From: an uncultured bacterium
Lineage (GTDB): Bacteria > CG03 > SLGR01 > JAGXOG01
DNA: 64,000 nt
Direction of reading: 5' to 3'
Assembly: GCA_964476445.1 (NCBI GenBank)
Contig: CAYZAK010000001.1
Location: forward strand, 8,351-72,350
The translations under genes were made by a program, and so were the position numbers. Every line of letters starts with the position of its first letter. Positions within the stretch are counted from its first letter, which is position 1. Of this stretch, positions 57,501 through 64,000 are shown piece by piece. The notes under the pieces are model-generated. The model had not been told where the DNA came from. It did not search any database and worked only from the letters and a program-made list of their open reading frames with translations.

Positions 57501-60500
57501 GGTGGAGGCAGTATCTTCGGCAGTAACCGTAAATCCCGTATCATTGGCGGTTTTAAATATTACTGTAAAATCAGTAGTTCCGCCGGTCAGGATCTTCTGG
57601 TTTTCTATAACTTTGCCGTATTGATCAGTTACGGTAACTAAGACTTCAGGAGCGGCGCCGGTAACGTGGTTCCACCAGGTATCCACTGCCTCCACGGTTA
57701 CTTCAAACTCCTCCCCGGCGGTCTGGGGAGCGGGTTCGTCGGTACGCCCTTCAGATCCGGTATTACCGGGTTGAGGTTCGACCCCGGGAACCAGTACTCT
57801 CAATCGCTGGGCGACATTGGGATCAACGGTTACCTCTGATGAAGTATAATTGACCAGGTCCGAATGTTCAGCAGTGACCATAGAAATTCCCGCGGTATAT
57901 AAAGTTATAGGTACCTGCGCCGTACCACCTTCAACATTTACCGGACCGGGATCAACATCGTAAAGATCGCTGGTATATACCTCCACTTCTTCGGTTACAT
58001 CGGTAATATTCCAGAACCGGTCGGTAATACTAACCGTGGAATAAAAGACCTGGCCGGCTACCTGGTCATCCGGATCTATACCGGAAACTTTTCCGTAAGG
58101 TTCCTGAGAATTCTTAACCTCCGGTTCGTCGGCATTACCGGGCAGTGCTTCTTCACCTTCTAAAAGAACCTGCAGTCTGGCCGGAGAGGCGGCATCAACC
58201 TGTACTACAGAAGAAGTGGACGAACTGTAATATCCTCCGGTATCCACCGCGGTAACCGTCCAAGTAGACGCGGCAACCAGGGGCATATCAAAATCCCTGT
58301 AACCGTCCGAGGTGAGAGACCGGGCCGTTGGCCTTTTGGCGAAAGGATCCTCCGGATACACTCTTACCGTGGGATTGGGATCAATATCTTCGCCTTCAAC
58401 AACATTCCATACAGAATCGGTCAGGTACACCCTGACAGTAAAATCTTCACCGGCGGTCTGGGGATCAATTTCTCCGCCGTCGTGACCCACACCGGGAACG
58501 TTTTCCTGGTAGGGGTGTATCAGAGCCTGCAATCTTTCCGGGGGCCCTGCTTTAACCGGAACTTCCCGGGATATATCCCCGGTAAGATCAGTCCCGTCAT
58601 CGGTAGATACATACACTGTCCAGCCCGAATAATCCTTGGTAATTAAAGTAAGACCGTCCTCATCGGACCCAAAAACATATCTGCCGTCAAACAAAGCGGC
58701 CCGGTCAGGGTCGTAACCGGCGGCATTTTCATCATCGGACCAGATACGGATAATATTGTCGGCATCGTAGTCCCTATTCCACCATTCATCCACCGCCATC
58801 ACTTCAACTTCAAATGATTCTCCGGCGGTCTGAATTTCCGGCTCCCCGGTCCGGCCGTACGGAGCTTCGGAAACGGGAGAATTTTCCCAGCCCCCGGGCT
58901 GATGTTCAACTCCGGGAACTAAGACAATAAGTTTTGTGGTTGTAGAAGCGGTAACTTTCACCGGTTCTGTAGTATAAGAATCCAATTCCCCGTCAGCATG
59001 GATAGCCCTGACCCAGGATGTTGCCGCTCTTTTTAGGGTAATTTCAAAACTATCATATCCGTCAATTAGATATTTTTCAGCCGGTTCTATATCGTGGGAG
59101 TCATACGTTTCTATATCCACCAGGGGCTCATAATCCGAATTGATATTCCAGTGATTGTCCACCGCATATACATCCACTTCAAACGGCGCGCCGGCAACCT
59201 GTTCTTGGACTTTTCCTACCTTTCCCGTATCCGTACCCGGTTCATAGGTTTCCCCGGGTAAAATAACCAAGAGTTTTTGTGCAGAATCGGGATCAACCGG
59301 AATTCTTGCCGATTGAGAGGATAAAAGAATATCTTCGGTATCTTCCGCCCTTATCCACCATTCTGTATTGGCCGTCTCAAAAGTGACTGTGAAAGTAGAC
59401 TTACCGCCCATTAAATATCTATCTTCTATAACAGTTGTATTTGGATCTTCGGTTATTAAACTAACCGTGCCTTGAGCTTCTTCATCTAAATTCCAATGTT
59501 CGTCGACCGCCCGTACAATGGCAGTAAAACTCTGTCCGGCAGTCTGCTCTTCGGGCTCACCTATAATCCCATATTCTGTGCCGGGTAAATATTCCTGTCC
59601 GGGAACTTCAACCGAAAGTTTTACCGCCCCGGCCGGGCCGGTGTAAACTGTGGAAGTACTGCTGTAAAGATTATAGTCCGTATTCCATTCATTAGCAGAA
59701 ACTTTATTGTACTGATTGGCAGTCTTTAATACCATGGTAAATTCCGTCGTTCCTCCTATAAGCGTTCCGGTTGAGGGAAGAACGGCGTTATCATCGGTGG
59801 AAGTTATCCTGACCGCCGCCGTAGTATCGGTAATATTAAAGTCCGAGTCCACCGAATAAACATCAAAAGTAAACTCTTCTCCCGCAGTCTGGGTATCGGG
59901 CTGACCTTCTTTCCCAGTGGGATAATTCCTAGACGGGGTATGCTCTTCTCCCGGAAGAACAGTCATCAACGCGTAAGGTTCGCCGGCCTCGGTATATATT
60001 CCTGAATGAGTTTCTCCGGTAAGCAGCTCGGGATAAATATCCTCCACGGTAAGATAAGAAGTAGTATGGGCCCGGGCCAGGGTGACATCGAAGAAAGCCC
60101 GGCCGTTGGTGAGCTCTTCAGCGGGGGGATCTATATAATCAGCTTCTAAATAATCGCTGGTAAGTTCCACTATTGTATCATCTTCTACGTCCGGAGTTAA
60201 GTTCCAGAATTCATCCACTCCCCTCACTTCCACTTCAAAAGAGATCCCGGCGGTCTGCATCCTGACTTCCCCGCCGCGACCGGCTTCCGCGACATTGCCC
60301 CCGTCCTCGTATTCATCGGGAGCGAGTATCTGAAGTTTGACCGGAGTATTGGGCCGGGTAAATATACCCCGGGGTGTAGTATAATTTTCTATTCCGGAGG
60401 CCACCGCATCTATAGTCCAGGTGGAGTGGGCCCGCCTAAAATCTATGTTAAACGTGGTCGCTCCTCCGGTAAGAGACCGGGTGGGCGGATGGGTATCGTG

Positions 60501-63500
60501 GGGATCCTGGGTATTTATACTGACCGAAGGTTCGGCGGTGGTCTGGTTCCAGAATTCGTCAGTAGCGTAAACGTCTATTTCAAAAGGTTCTCCGGCAACC
60601 TGGACTTCCGGTAACCCGGTCTTACCCTCAGAAGAACCTTCCACATAATCTTCGCCGGGTAACACAATAATTAATTTTTCCGTACCTGCCGATTCAACAT
60701 ACACCAGCTGAGAAGTGTGGGATTCAAAAGCCTGGCCGTCAACGGTAGACACCTTTACCCGCCAGGAATCATTGGCTGTTCTAAACTCATGACTTATTTC
60801 AGTCTCTCCCACAAAACTAAACTCTTCACTTGAATCATGGGGATCGGTAGAAGTTAGTTCCGCGGTAACTCCGGCCTGGGTAATGTTCCAGAAATCATCA
60901 ACTGTTCTTACGGTAATATTAAGAGGCTGACCGGCCACCTGACCTTCAGGAATCCCCGTACGGCCCGAAAGGCTTCCGGGATCCCCCCCTTCACCGGGCA
61001 GAAGAACCTGCAATTTTTCCGGATCGGCAGACTCAACCGGTATATAGGAAGAAATATTCGGCAGTATATTATCACCCTCGGATGTGGAAACCTTCACCTG
61101 CCAGGGGGCGTTTTCGGCGTCTTTTAAGATAATCTGAAAATCCTGTGTACCGTTAGTAAGGCCCTTTTCTGTTTCCGGAGACTCAAAATATTCATCTGTG
61201 GCCTCTATTTCTACTCCGGGATTGGCCGAAGGTTGTAGGTTCCAGAACTCATCCACCGCTGCTACATTAACCGTAAAACCGGAACCTGCCACTGCTTCCT
61301 GAACCTGTCCTGTCTTACCGGATACCGAACCCGGGGTTACACTTTCACCGGGTACCAGAGCCTGGAGTCTTTCAACTTCAGCGGGTTCCACAGAAATTTC
61401 AGATGATACATAATCATCCCAGCCGGCGGCCTGGGCGGCAACCGTCCAGGTAGCCTGAGAGTAATTTTGCCACTGGGTATTGTCCTTCCATGCAGTCTTT
61501 AAAATAATGCCGTAATCCCGGGTGCCGGTAACCATTCGTGATCGCGGCGAGGATTCGCCGGGCTCGCCGTGAGGATCATTTGCGGCAACGCTTACTTCTG
61601 CGCTGGAAGAATATTTTATATTCCAGTATTCATCGGTTAAATTTACGGTCACATCAAAATCTGCGCCGGCGGTTATTTCCTCTGTTTCTCCATCTTTGCC
61701 GGTTCCCGGACCGGGAACTCTTTCCTGACCCGGAGTAAGTACCTGAAGCCGGTTTCCGGCGCCCGGGTCAACGGTAACACCCACTGAATCGGTATCCAGA
61801 TCTCCGTCAACATTCACCACGGTTACAGTCTGAACCTCTGCCCGGTACATGGTAAAGAATCCCTCCCCGTGTCCGTCAACTAAGGGCATACTGGAAGATT
61901 TCGTACCGTAGGGATCAGTTATCTCAAAATCCACCCAGGGTTCAGCGTCTGTAGTTACATTCCAGTAATCGTCGGTAACGTAGATATCTGCGGTAAATTC
62001 CTCTCCGGCAACCTGGACTTCGGGCTCCTTCTCCGGGTTCTTTCCGGTATCCGTACCCGGAAAGGTCTCTTCCCCGGGAAGGACAAGCTGCAATTTTGAA
62101 GGAGTATCAGGTTCAACAGTAGCCGGATTATTCTGGGAGTGACCGGCAGGGAAATTATCATAACCGTCAGCGGCCGCCTCAACGTGCCAAGTATCTGCGG
62201 TCACCATAGTTACCAGAATATCTTCAGTTCCGGTTATTTCCAGACTTCCCGGATTATCAGCGTTGGGATCGGTAGTTGTAACATTTACCGTTCCCGTGGC
62301 CTGAGGCACTATATTCCAGTATTCGTCACATATATTTACCGTAGTGTAGAACGCGTCCCCGGCAATCTGGTTTTCAGGCATAGCCACCGTCTTACCGGAA
62401 TCCGTACCCGGATCGGTCTCTTCTCCGGGAAGGACAACCTGAATCTGTTCGGCAGTGGTGGGTTCCACGTTTATATTGGCCTGTTCGCCGTACACCGAGG
62501 GAGTGGCCGTATCATATACCAGCAAAAATTTGCGGGAGGACGGATCAATCGAAGCGGTCCGGAATCTGACAAGGTTGGTCAGAGTTATTATTCCTTCGTC
62601 TTCCTCGGGTACGAAGGTATAGGTAGCAACTTCCACGTCGTTCCCTTCTATTCTAAAATCCGATTCAGACCATTCTTCCTCATCACGTTCGGCGATCTGG
62701 TCCGGATCTTTAGTTCTGAACCTTACCGTCCCGTTGTAAGTAAGAGCAGTCTGCCCATCTCTGTCTAAGGCCTCTACGGTTATATGCTGGCGAGCGCCGG
62801 CCTCGACGGGATCGGAAATACCGGTCACCCTAAACTCTTCCGCGGGAAGAACAACCACAAAATCGGAGACATCCGGGGCGGTTTGAACATTACCGGCCAT
62901 ATCTATACCCCTGCTGCTCATCCTGTACTCCCGGCCGGTGACCCACATCTCAGAGGGAAAAGAATATGACCAGGTGCCTTCCTGCTCCCCAGATGGATAA
63001 TTATGAGCATCCATCCATAGTTCGGAACTGTCCGTCCATGTAGAACCATTCCAGTAGTAACTGTCCCCTTCCTGGGGATAATCATCTATTCTGAGGGAAA
63101 ATTCAACCTTATCTACCAGTCCCGGCGGCGTATCGGCCACTTCCCCGGAAAGCAATGTCAGGGCGTCCCGGTCTTCGGTAGCTTCGTCAGCCGGGCGGAT
63201 ATTTTCTGAAACCGGCGGAGTTTCGTCGTAAATCATTTCCACAGGACCCATCCACCCGGAAAGGTTGCCCACATTATCCTCAGCCCGGGTGTAAAACTCA
63301 TACACCCGGTTATCGTCCCAGGAAAGGTTGGCGTTAACATAACTCCAATTTGTGGTACCGGGTTCAATCCCGGTATCCAACGGCACCGGGTCTTCAGCCT
63401 GAAAACCCACTCCGTCAAACCAGTTTCCGGTGGCGCTGTCAAATATACTCAGTTCAACTTTCTCAACTTCGCTGGTTTCATCATGAGCAGTACCGTATAT

Positions 63501-63992
63501 AGTCTGTCCGTAAGAGTTGTAGTGGTTGCCGTCTTCCGGTTCGGTCACTGTTGAAAGCGGCGGCGTGTCGTCAAATAAAAACTCAATTTCAGCCACCTGG
63601 GACTGAATATTTTCAGGAGTTGCCGAATCTTCGGCATAAACTTCCAGACGATAAGTATTTCCCGATTCCCAGTCAAGATTGGTATCTATTCCCAGTCCTT
63701 CAGCATTCCACTCTATATCCGGCCCCTGGGATAGAAAATTGGTACTCCACCAGTTATCCGGACTTTCAGCCCAGTCTTCAAGGGCCCAGTAGTAAGTAGT
63801 TGAAGCGGTAATATCAGAAATACGTACTCTAACTCTTCTCACATCGCTTAACCCGTCGCTGGCCGTTCCGTGTATATCGGCGCCGGCAAGCTCAGGCAGA
63901 GTCTGGGCATCGGCCGGGTTTACAATTTCAGAATCGGGTTCGGTCATATCTATGGTAAACCGATGATGGTTCCGGTCCCCTTCCGCACCCAC
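48225..63992 (-). CDS. Giant (>5255 aa, 5' end outside window) repetitive surface adhesin-like protein with T9SS-type CTD
   Basis: ORF is open to the window edge (true N-terminus upstream of 63992). It contains 17 tandem ~112-aa repeats with motif [KR]LQVLLPGEE.PG...GKTG.P..Q.AG..F...V...D.[FW]WN and a second repeat family with motif L.G......DI..V.IY.D..GDG.FDP..D.L. It also has Big_1-like segments (DVTVTARDQFGNV) and two FN3-like domains. C-terminal CTD: VEVYLYDMMGYLVKYWEFDAGENGGRQGHNSFPWYAVNERGQDVAKGGYLARIVVKSDEGTVEKTRRIAIIR. Confidence 0.7.
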   Translation of the reverse strand: MGAEGDRNHHRFTIDMTEPDSEIVNPADAQTLPELAGADIHGTASDGLSDVRRVRVRISDITASTTYYWALEDWAESPDNWWSTNFLSQGPDIEWNAEGLGIDTNLDWESGNTYRLEVYAEDSATPENIQSQVAEIEFLFDDTPPLSTVTEPEDGNHYNSYGQTIYGTAHDETSEVEKVELSIFDSATGNWFDGVGFQAEDPVPLDTGIEPGTTNWSYVNANLSWDDNRVYEFYTRAEDNVGNLSGWMGPVEMIYDETPPVSENIRPADEATEDRDALTLLSGEVADTPPGLVDKVEFSLRIDDYPQEGDSYYWNGSTWTDSSELWMDAHNYPSGEQEGTWSYSFPSEMWVTGREYRMSSRGIDMAGNVQTAPDVSDFVVVLPAEEFRVTGISDPVEAGARQHITVEALDRDGQTALTYNGTVRFRTKDPDQIAERDEEEWSESDFRIEGNDVEVATYTFVPEEDEGIITLTNLVRFRTASIDPSSRKFLLVYDTATPSVYGEQANINVEPTTAEQIQVVLPGEETDPGTDSGKTVAMPENQIAGDAFYTTVNICDEYWNIVPQATGTVNVTTTDPNADNPGSLEITGTEDILVTMVTADTWHVEAAADGYDNFPAGHSQNNPATVEPDTPSKLQLVLPGEETFPGTDTGKNPEKEPEVQVAGEEFTADIYVTDDYWNVTTDAEPWVDFEITDPYGTKSSSMPLVDGHGEGFFTMYRAEVQTVTVVNVDGDLDTDSVGVTVDPGAGNRLQVLTPGQERVPGPGTGKDGETEEITAGADFDVTVNLTDEYWNIKYSSSAEVSVAANDPHGEPGESSPRSRMVTGTRDYGIILKTAWKDNTQWQNYSQATWTVAAQAAGWDDYVSSEISVEPAEVERLQALVPGESVTPGSVSGKTGQVQEAVAGSGFTVNVAAVDEFWNLQPSANPGVEIEATDEYFESPETEKGLTNGTQDFQIILKDAENAPWQVKVSTSEGDNILPNISSYIPVESADPEKLQVLLPGEGGDPGSLSGRTGIPEGQVAGQPLNITVRTVDDFWNITQAGVTAELTSTDPHDSSEEFSFVGETEISHEFRTANDSWRVKVSTVDGQAFESHTSQLVYVESAGTEKLIIVLPGEDYVEGSSEGKTGLPEVQVAGEPFEIDVYATDEFWNQTTAEPSVSINTQDPHDTHPPTRSLTGGATTFNIDFRRAHSTWTIDAVASGIENYTTPRGIFTRPNTPVKLQILAPDEYEDGGNVAEAGRGGEVRMQTAGISFEVEVRGVDEFWNLTPDVEDDTIVELTSDYLEADYIDPPAEELTNGRAFFDVTLARAHTTSYLTVEDIYPELLTGETHSGIYTEAGEPYALMTVLPGEEHTPSRNYPTGKEGQPDTQTAGEEFTFDVYSVDSDFNITDTTAAVRITSTDDNAVLPSTGTLIGGTTEFTMVLKTANQYNKVSANEWNTDYNLYSSTSTVYTGPAGAVKLSVEVPGQEYLPGTEYGIIGEPEEQTAGQSFTAIVRAVDEHWNLDEEAQGTVSLITEDPNTTVIEDRYLMGGKSTFTVTFETANTEWWIRAEDTEDILLSSQSARIPVDPDSAQKLLVILPGETYEPGTDTGKVGKVQEQVAGAPFEVDVYAVDNHWNINSDYEPLVDIETYDSHDIEPAEKYLIDGYDSFEITLKRAATSWVRAIHADGELDSYTTEPVKVTASTTTKLIVLVPGVEHQPGGWENSPVSEAPYGRTGEPEIQTAGESFEVEVMAVDEWWNRDYDADNIIRIWSDDENAAGYDPDRAALFDGRYVFGSDEDGLTLITKDYSGWTVYVSTDDGTDLTGDISREVPVKAGPPERLQALIHPYQENVPGVGHDGGEIDPQTAGEDFTVRVYLTDSVWNVVEGEDIDPNPTVRVYPEDPFAKRPTARSLTSDGYRDFDMPLVAASTWTVTAVDTGGYYSSSTSSVVQVDAASPARLQVLLEGEEALPGNADEPEVKNSQEPYGKVSGIDPDDQVAGQVFYSTVSITDRFWNITDVTEEVEVYTSDLYDVDPGPVNVEGGTAQVPITLYTAGISMVTAEHSDLVNYTSSEVTVDPNVAQRLRVLVPGVEPQPGNTGSEGRTDEPAPQTAGEEFEVTVEAVDTWWNHVTGAAPEVLVTVTDQYGKVIENQKILTGGTTDFTVIFKTANDTGFTVTAEDTASTGALDEDTSDPVPVQVGDPDRLQVLPEGVTGLPGSEDGREGSPETQVAGQVFPVTINLTDRHWNVVTTTSPVVELDSSDPHSDSYGYTAQSVHLENGTAEAFLTLVTAREGETTLTVEDDSGKLPPYESDESQPVDVVANEATQLRVLVPGLEADVGNSATGFSGDPDSQIAGEPVIAYLQACDDWWNVARSTAQVHATVDDPYGITPAPSTLSDGERNIDITFRTARNAGTTPDGGWTVELTDTAEKLEVGYTPEIEVYPNQFSRLQVVLPDEFPEPGSDDGIAGTPDIQRAGEGFDITVRAVDDYWNLVSTGPEVGLSSKDPQADLPSARVLTGGDRTFPDITLKTVLESNRIYADAVDGYGIIRATSSHQPLDPDYTDYLDVTGIQDTSAGSASDVTVTARDQFGNVADGGTVPEDRAYQGEVVFSADEDADWPGTTEAPGSGLPGNYTFTVEDEGVRTWDAGVTLRRAGDRTVRVEDSFYEFNGIYGEQTGIEISPGSVSRFTVFPMDPVDIPAGDTREIRAFATDNYYNTTIEGAEGLEVEISTYNISFTETLDIGNKNEGSVITPQTSVVDSSGMVRGISYTVSQYAGDEAIIDVSASTKPISGQSAWITSIGGVADYLIFEEGNPQFTAGDSPDVDIPYVLFRKDQYGNDAVTGDTRINIYTDSGSPWDVGSNVSPRHRFYDENNLPLTDNNNNGLQDILIPSGEYVREIYYYEEKASWDEVTMASHTITADANLGGTGDPHPPTGDGVYDVRVDPDDIMSINFDTGSMEMRAGNYSPQMRIRLYDDYGNVKPVTETVELTLDSDSSWCGFETNMGTFSYVDDWEPSRPKLYISTDSEKSLLPYQAEFNYLDHVRGNPRVDVSGPSEYKGAPVNWGSAQQVQQVDPADPDRLVYVSEPYTSEHPLVAGATSWRIDIEARDQYGNWSEVDYNEEINLYFKDAETGDSTSSDIYEFSKSSTNWVDIYPDNRVVMTTGTSRVSYYMKAYRSGTWEIEAERAAGGWNWGRQEVEVVGGEITQLEIITSTRNIIVSPEYSDYTQYNPEDYRITVQARDKYGNYSRVEESVDLSLDATGPPGIEDPGANFSTDGGENWGVSVISIPGGSHSSSFYYTSRVAGKNKVTVSEDPYRGWEEASQVVNVYPADPVEFELDLHDNNYATVYRNKGVDITAKDTYGNHASGHPDPNKPYGSTDTWHYYVGKATFNIVAPGYPEERRPIFTIDGSQTETYDFANSVGHEFWEPGELTAEIRADVVTDEAVGVEPIVIQMTDSEDDTIYGESDELTVTGAIVRPYTDAMTGERMTVDDLFQDHTNALMDRLDIFTTTGTAEWSEMRVDLEGTVPDEDVIAVRIWLDDGDGAFTPPEPDDPNNLDGSSPETLLSSGTFQNGFAILDLEENTGHPQYIGQSARHYFITVDMAYDAEPDNYLNLHWEKRYFSASGRWRGTEVADNNFDINTPTVTVRIAPGDIVMPSWSLIKDTDTVRQAEEDVGFMAFDMVTTRYTIDWTELRVTLRGDGVSDDDIRAIKIFRDATGDKDFKPLADEIISSGHDRFGAEIEGVAMIDIGHYVDGEFEKRPQTIRESTQTYFVALDFDPAATPGAEVGIRIDSPDRVIARDDEGENRVLDFNDKNRDGVQDPGEEDTFPAPMPADEDTPQPEIQPTEDTLLIARDSTMGNIRQGARNAAYSILDLRSDANSVIWTGLRVDKTGSLTDEWVDAVKVWWWVSGSTDAAGQPVVNTTTNSPTGLADRLISEGADVFSSSTTFMEFDEDNHQDIRDSGTPGYPRRYLVTIDLNPYAPEDESLGIRIADTDYFTVTDPNQVSDAQIPIDVSEKIVNPYPDTVTVEPTDISYQITDPDTGVQDGLFIQNRTDMPTLRLNFETKISYAHWMDNEAENEPALVLFQEGTASDEDIENVTLWWDKDLTGRINTGDVRISTGNRFTEGVCRIRIPEDKAQMLGEPDGSFEPLPKSFIISLDLDRHAVPDRTIQLSINEQANFSISSPNTMSDENLPYITQVSTIIASPSLVTVDPADKAPVREFQGTRDVHMATLDMEVDGYHVDWEGLRLRRVGNDYSRDSDFSRVAVYRNESPHDPGEEPPFTPDVDELVAEGEVRDGFVNLNFTDQYGSQIIRSDEENFWFIVADISADADNNSEVGLRIGDRGYFTVAYPHAVDDIEFETRHIQIDPTEDTMIVTPDDREMLRVVQGDSVRYFQHLRDLYEEGEIEYEEIEDNPYGRLLAGTIVLETDAHASIWTGMDIHLEGDAADPDISSARIYKDTQDEGVFDPETAELVSDAMNIFVDGVCELNFREENYQTIDTNPQRYFIVLEMSNQARVGREVGIRFNTDDFRYVGDWDEVRWRNYSRWSEPEEEEEAYQIGDVVEYQEQLWESTVDENMSQPGINNDWIEFDEGDFTTSLAQITEFEDIIRLTPERDADGRPPTPARVVQGEGDVLMDQFTLTTRNPDPYIPSAEADWYGVRIELTGESIIDDIKAVKIYYDSNNNGIFEPGADRLITLSTEVFSEGRDVNITFPKEHIQTIGSRARRYFIVYDIAVEAEPEHAPGSRITSPGIFSISGNNEIAEQPEIYPVESEEAFIDPIKIDFEPVDVSPAGARQNERDVTMAEFRVRVATQTAAGADGGPTLNYLRFLKTGDLDDTGIDIIKMYRDTTGDGEFDPVKDMLVTSGDDIFEAGAARIDLTTGNVITAQYQIYYLTFDVAHAARVNGLIGLRLESDITTNLNITPQQRIITGEKKEPFFEVAAMLIRNEYAPTIPEVDVEEWINSPTTVRANWRSHTTSEEGITHNLYSAAGAEFRDLGKTSDSEGWSSAEATLHGLSLRHGEIYTFRVRTASQDDEGNVVWSPGHGEASFRVDLNPPTEPGKPVPDQQRQDKPMVSYNVSWDDAQDDASETESGVARYEVQERRDTSPDWQTVAYVSSDNNSYFIEEKDPGHFYYYRVRARDNAGNWGPWSEISEPAVTGMPDEVVSEVSNYPNPARFDLGAEKTKITYILNQDANVEVYLYDMMGYLVKYWEFDAGENGGRQGHNSFPWYAVNERGQDVAKGGYLARIVVKSDEGTVEKTRRIAIIR
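49400..53600. repeat. Second family of ~8 tandem ~150-170 aa repeats with DxDGDGxFDP-like putative Ca-binding loops
   Basis: Recurring blocks MRVDLEGTVPDEDVIAVRIWLDDGDGAFTP, LRVTLRGDGVSDDDIRAIKIFRDATGDKDFKP, GMDIHLEGDAADPDISSARIYKDTQDEGVFDP, GVRIELTGESIIDDIKAVKIYYDSNNNGIFEP, LRFLKTGDLDDTGIDIIKMYRDTTGDGEFDP and others; coordinates approximate (+/-150 nt). Confidence 0.6.
56390..62450. repeat. Array of 17 diverged tandem ~336-bp (112-aa) domain repeats inside the giant adhesin gene
   Basis: Protein-level periodicity LQ[VA]L.PGEE...G..GKTG.P..Q.AG..F...V.A.D..WN recurring every ~112-127 aa from residue ~515 to ~2535 of the window-truncated translation; the copies are diverged at the nucleotide level. 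Confidence 0.8.
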
Positions 63993-64000
63993 TATTTCCT

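Noticed and set aside
1-64000. CRISPR arrays, IS elements/transposases, integrases, rRNA genes
   Set aside because: No short regularly spaced direct repeats, terminal inverted repeats with transposase-like ORFs, or rRNA-like conserved stretches were seen. The only DNA-level repeats are the in-gene tandem repeats reported above

Overview
This is an AT-rich bacterial window, probably from an anaerobe, in which every confident gene sits on the minus strand. It could belong to an FCB-group or candidate-phylum lineage, judged from the T9SS C-terminal sorting domains and the sulfide-dependent biosynthetic enzymes. Reading minus-strand transcription from high to low coordinates, the window contains the following blocks. 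(1) 63992-42441: two giant surface proteins, each ending in a T9SS-type C-terminal sorting domain. One is a >5255 aa protein truncated at the window edge, with 17 tandem ~112 aa Ig-like repeats and a second family of ~8 putative Ca-binding repeats. The other is a 1915 aa FG-GAP beta-propeller/FN3 protein. (2) 42444-27362: a long co-directional cluster with overlapping start/stop codons. It encodes two paralogous FadL/PorV-like outer-membrane barrel proteins with C-terminal TPR tails. It also encodes an unusual membrane-anchored mini-FliF (ring-building motif) + FliG (middle + C domains) + TPR fusion protein, and a 1439 aa K/E-rich coiled-coil giant carrying a 2 x 204 bp tandem repeat. These are followed by FlbD, MotA (with a poly-lysine tail) and MotB, then a zinc-ribbon/OB-fold membrane protein, a polytopic membrane protein and a DUF457-like membrane hydrolase. 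I read this as a candidate previously undescribed stator/rotor module wired to T9SS cargo and shuttle genes. (3) 27266-19892: a complete Bat aerotolerance operon (MoxR, DUF58, small membrane protein, two VWA proteins, BatC-like and BatD-like). (4) 19847-16187: a PHP phosphoesterase, a TPR membrane protein, gap, pgk and tRNA-Gly(GCC). (5) 15534-9470: pilT plus a cNMP-binding regulator, and a sulfide-utilising operon of COG2122, COG1900/DUF39, NIL-ferredoxin, Thi4 and an alpha/beta hydrolase. (6) 9395-2742: an FMN riboswitch with terminator, then ribD-ribE-ribBA-ribH-nusB-ligA and a coiled-coil protein. (7) 2739-211: TPR and HEAT-repeat secreted proteins. I saw no CRISPR arrays, IS elements or rRNA.
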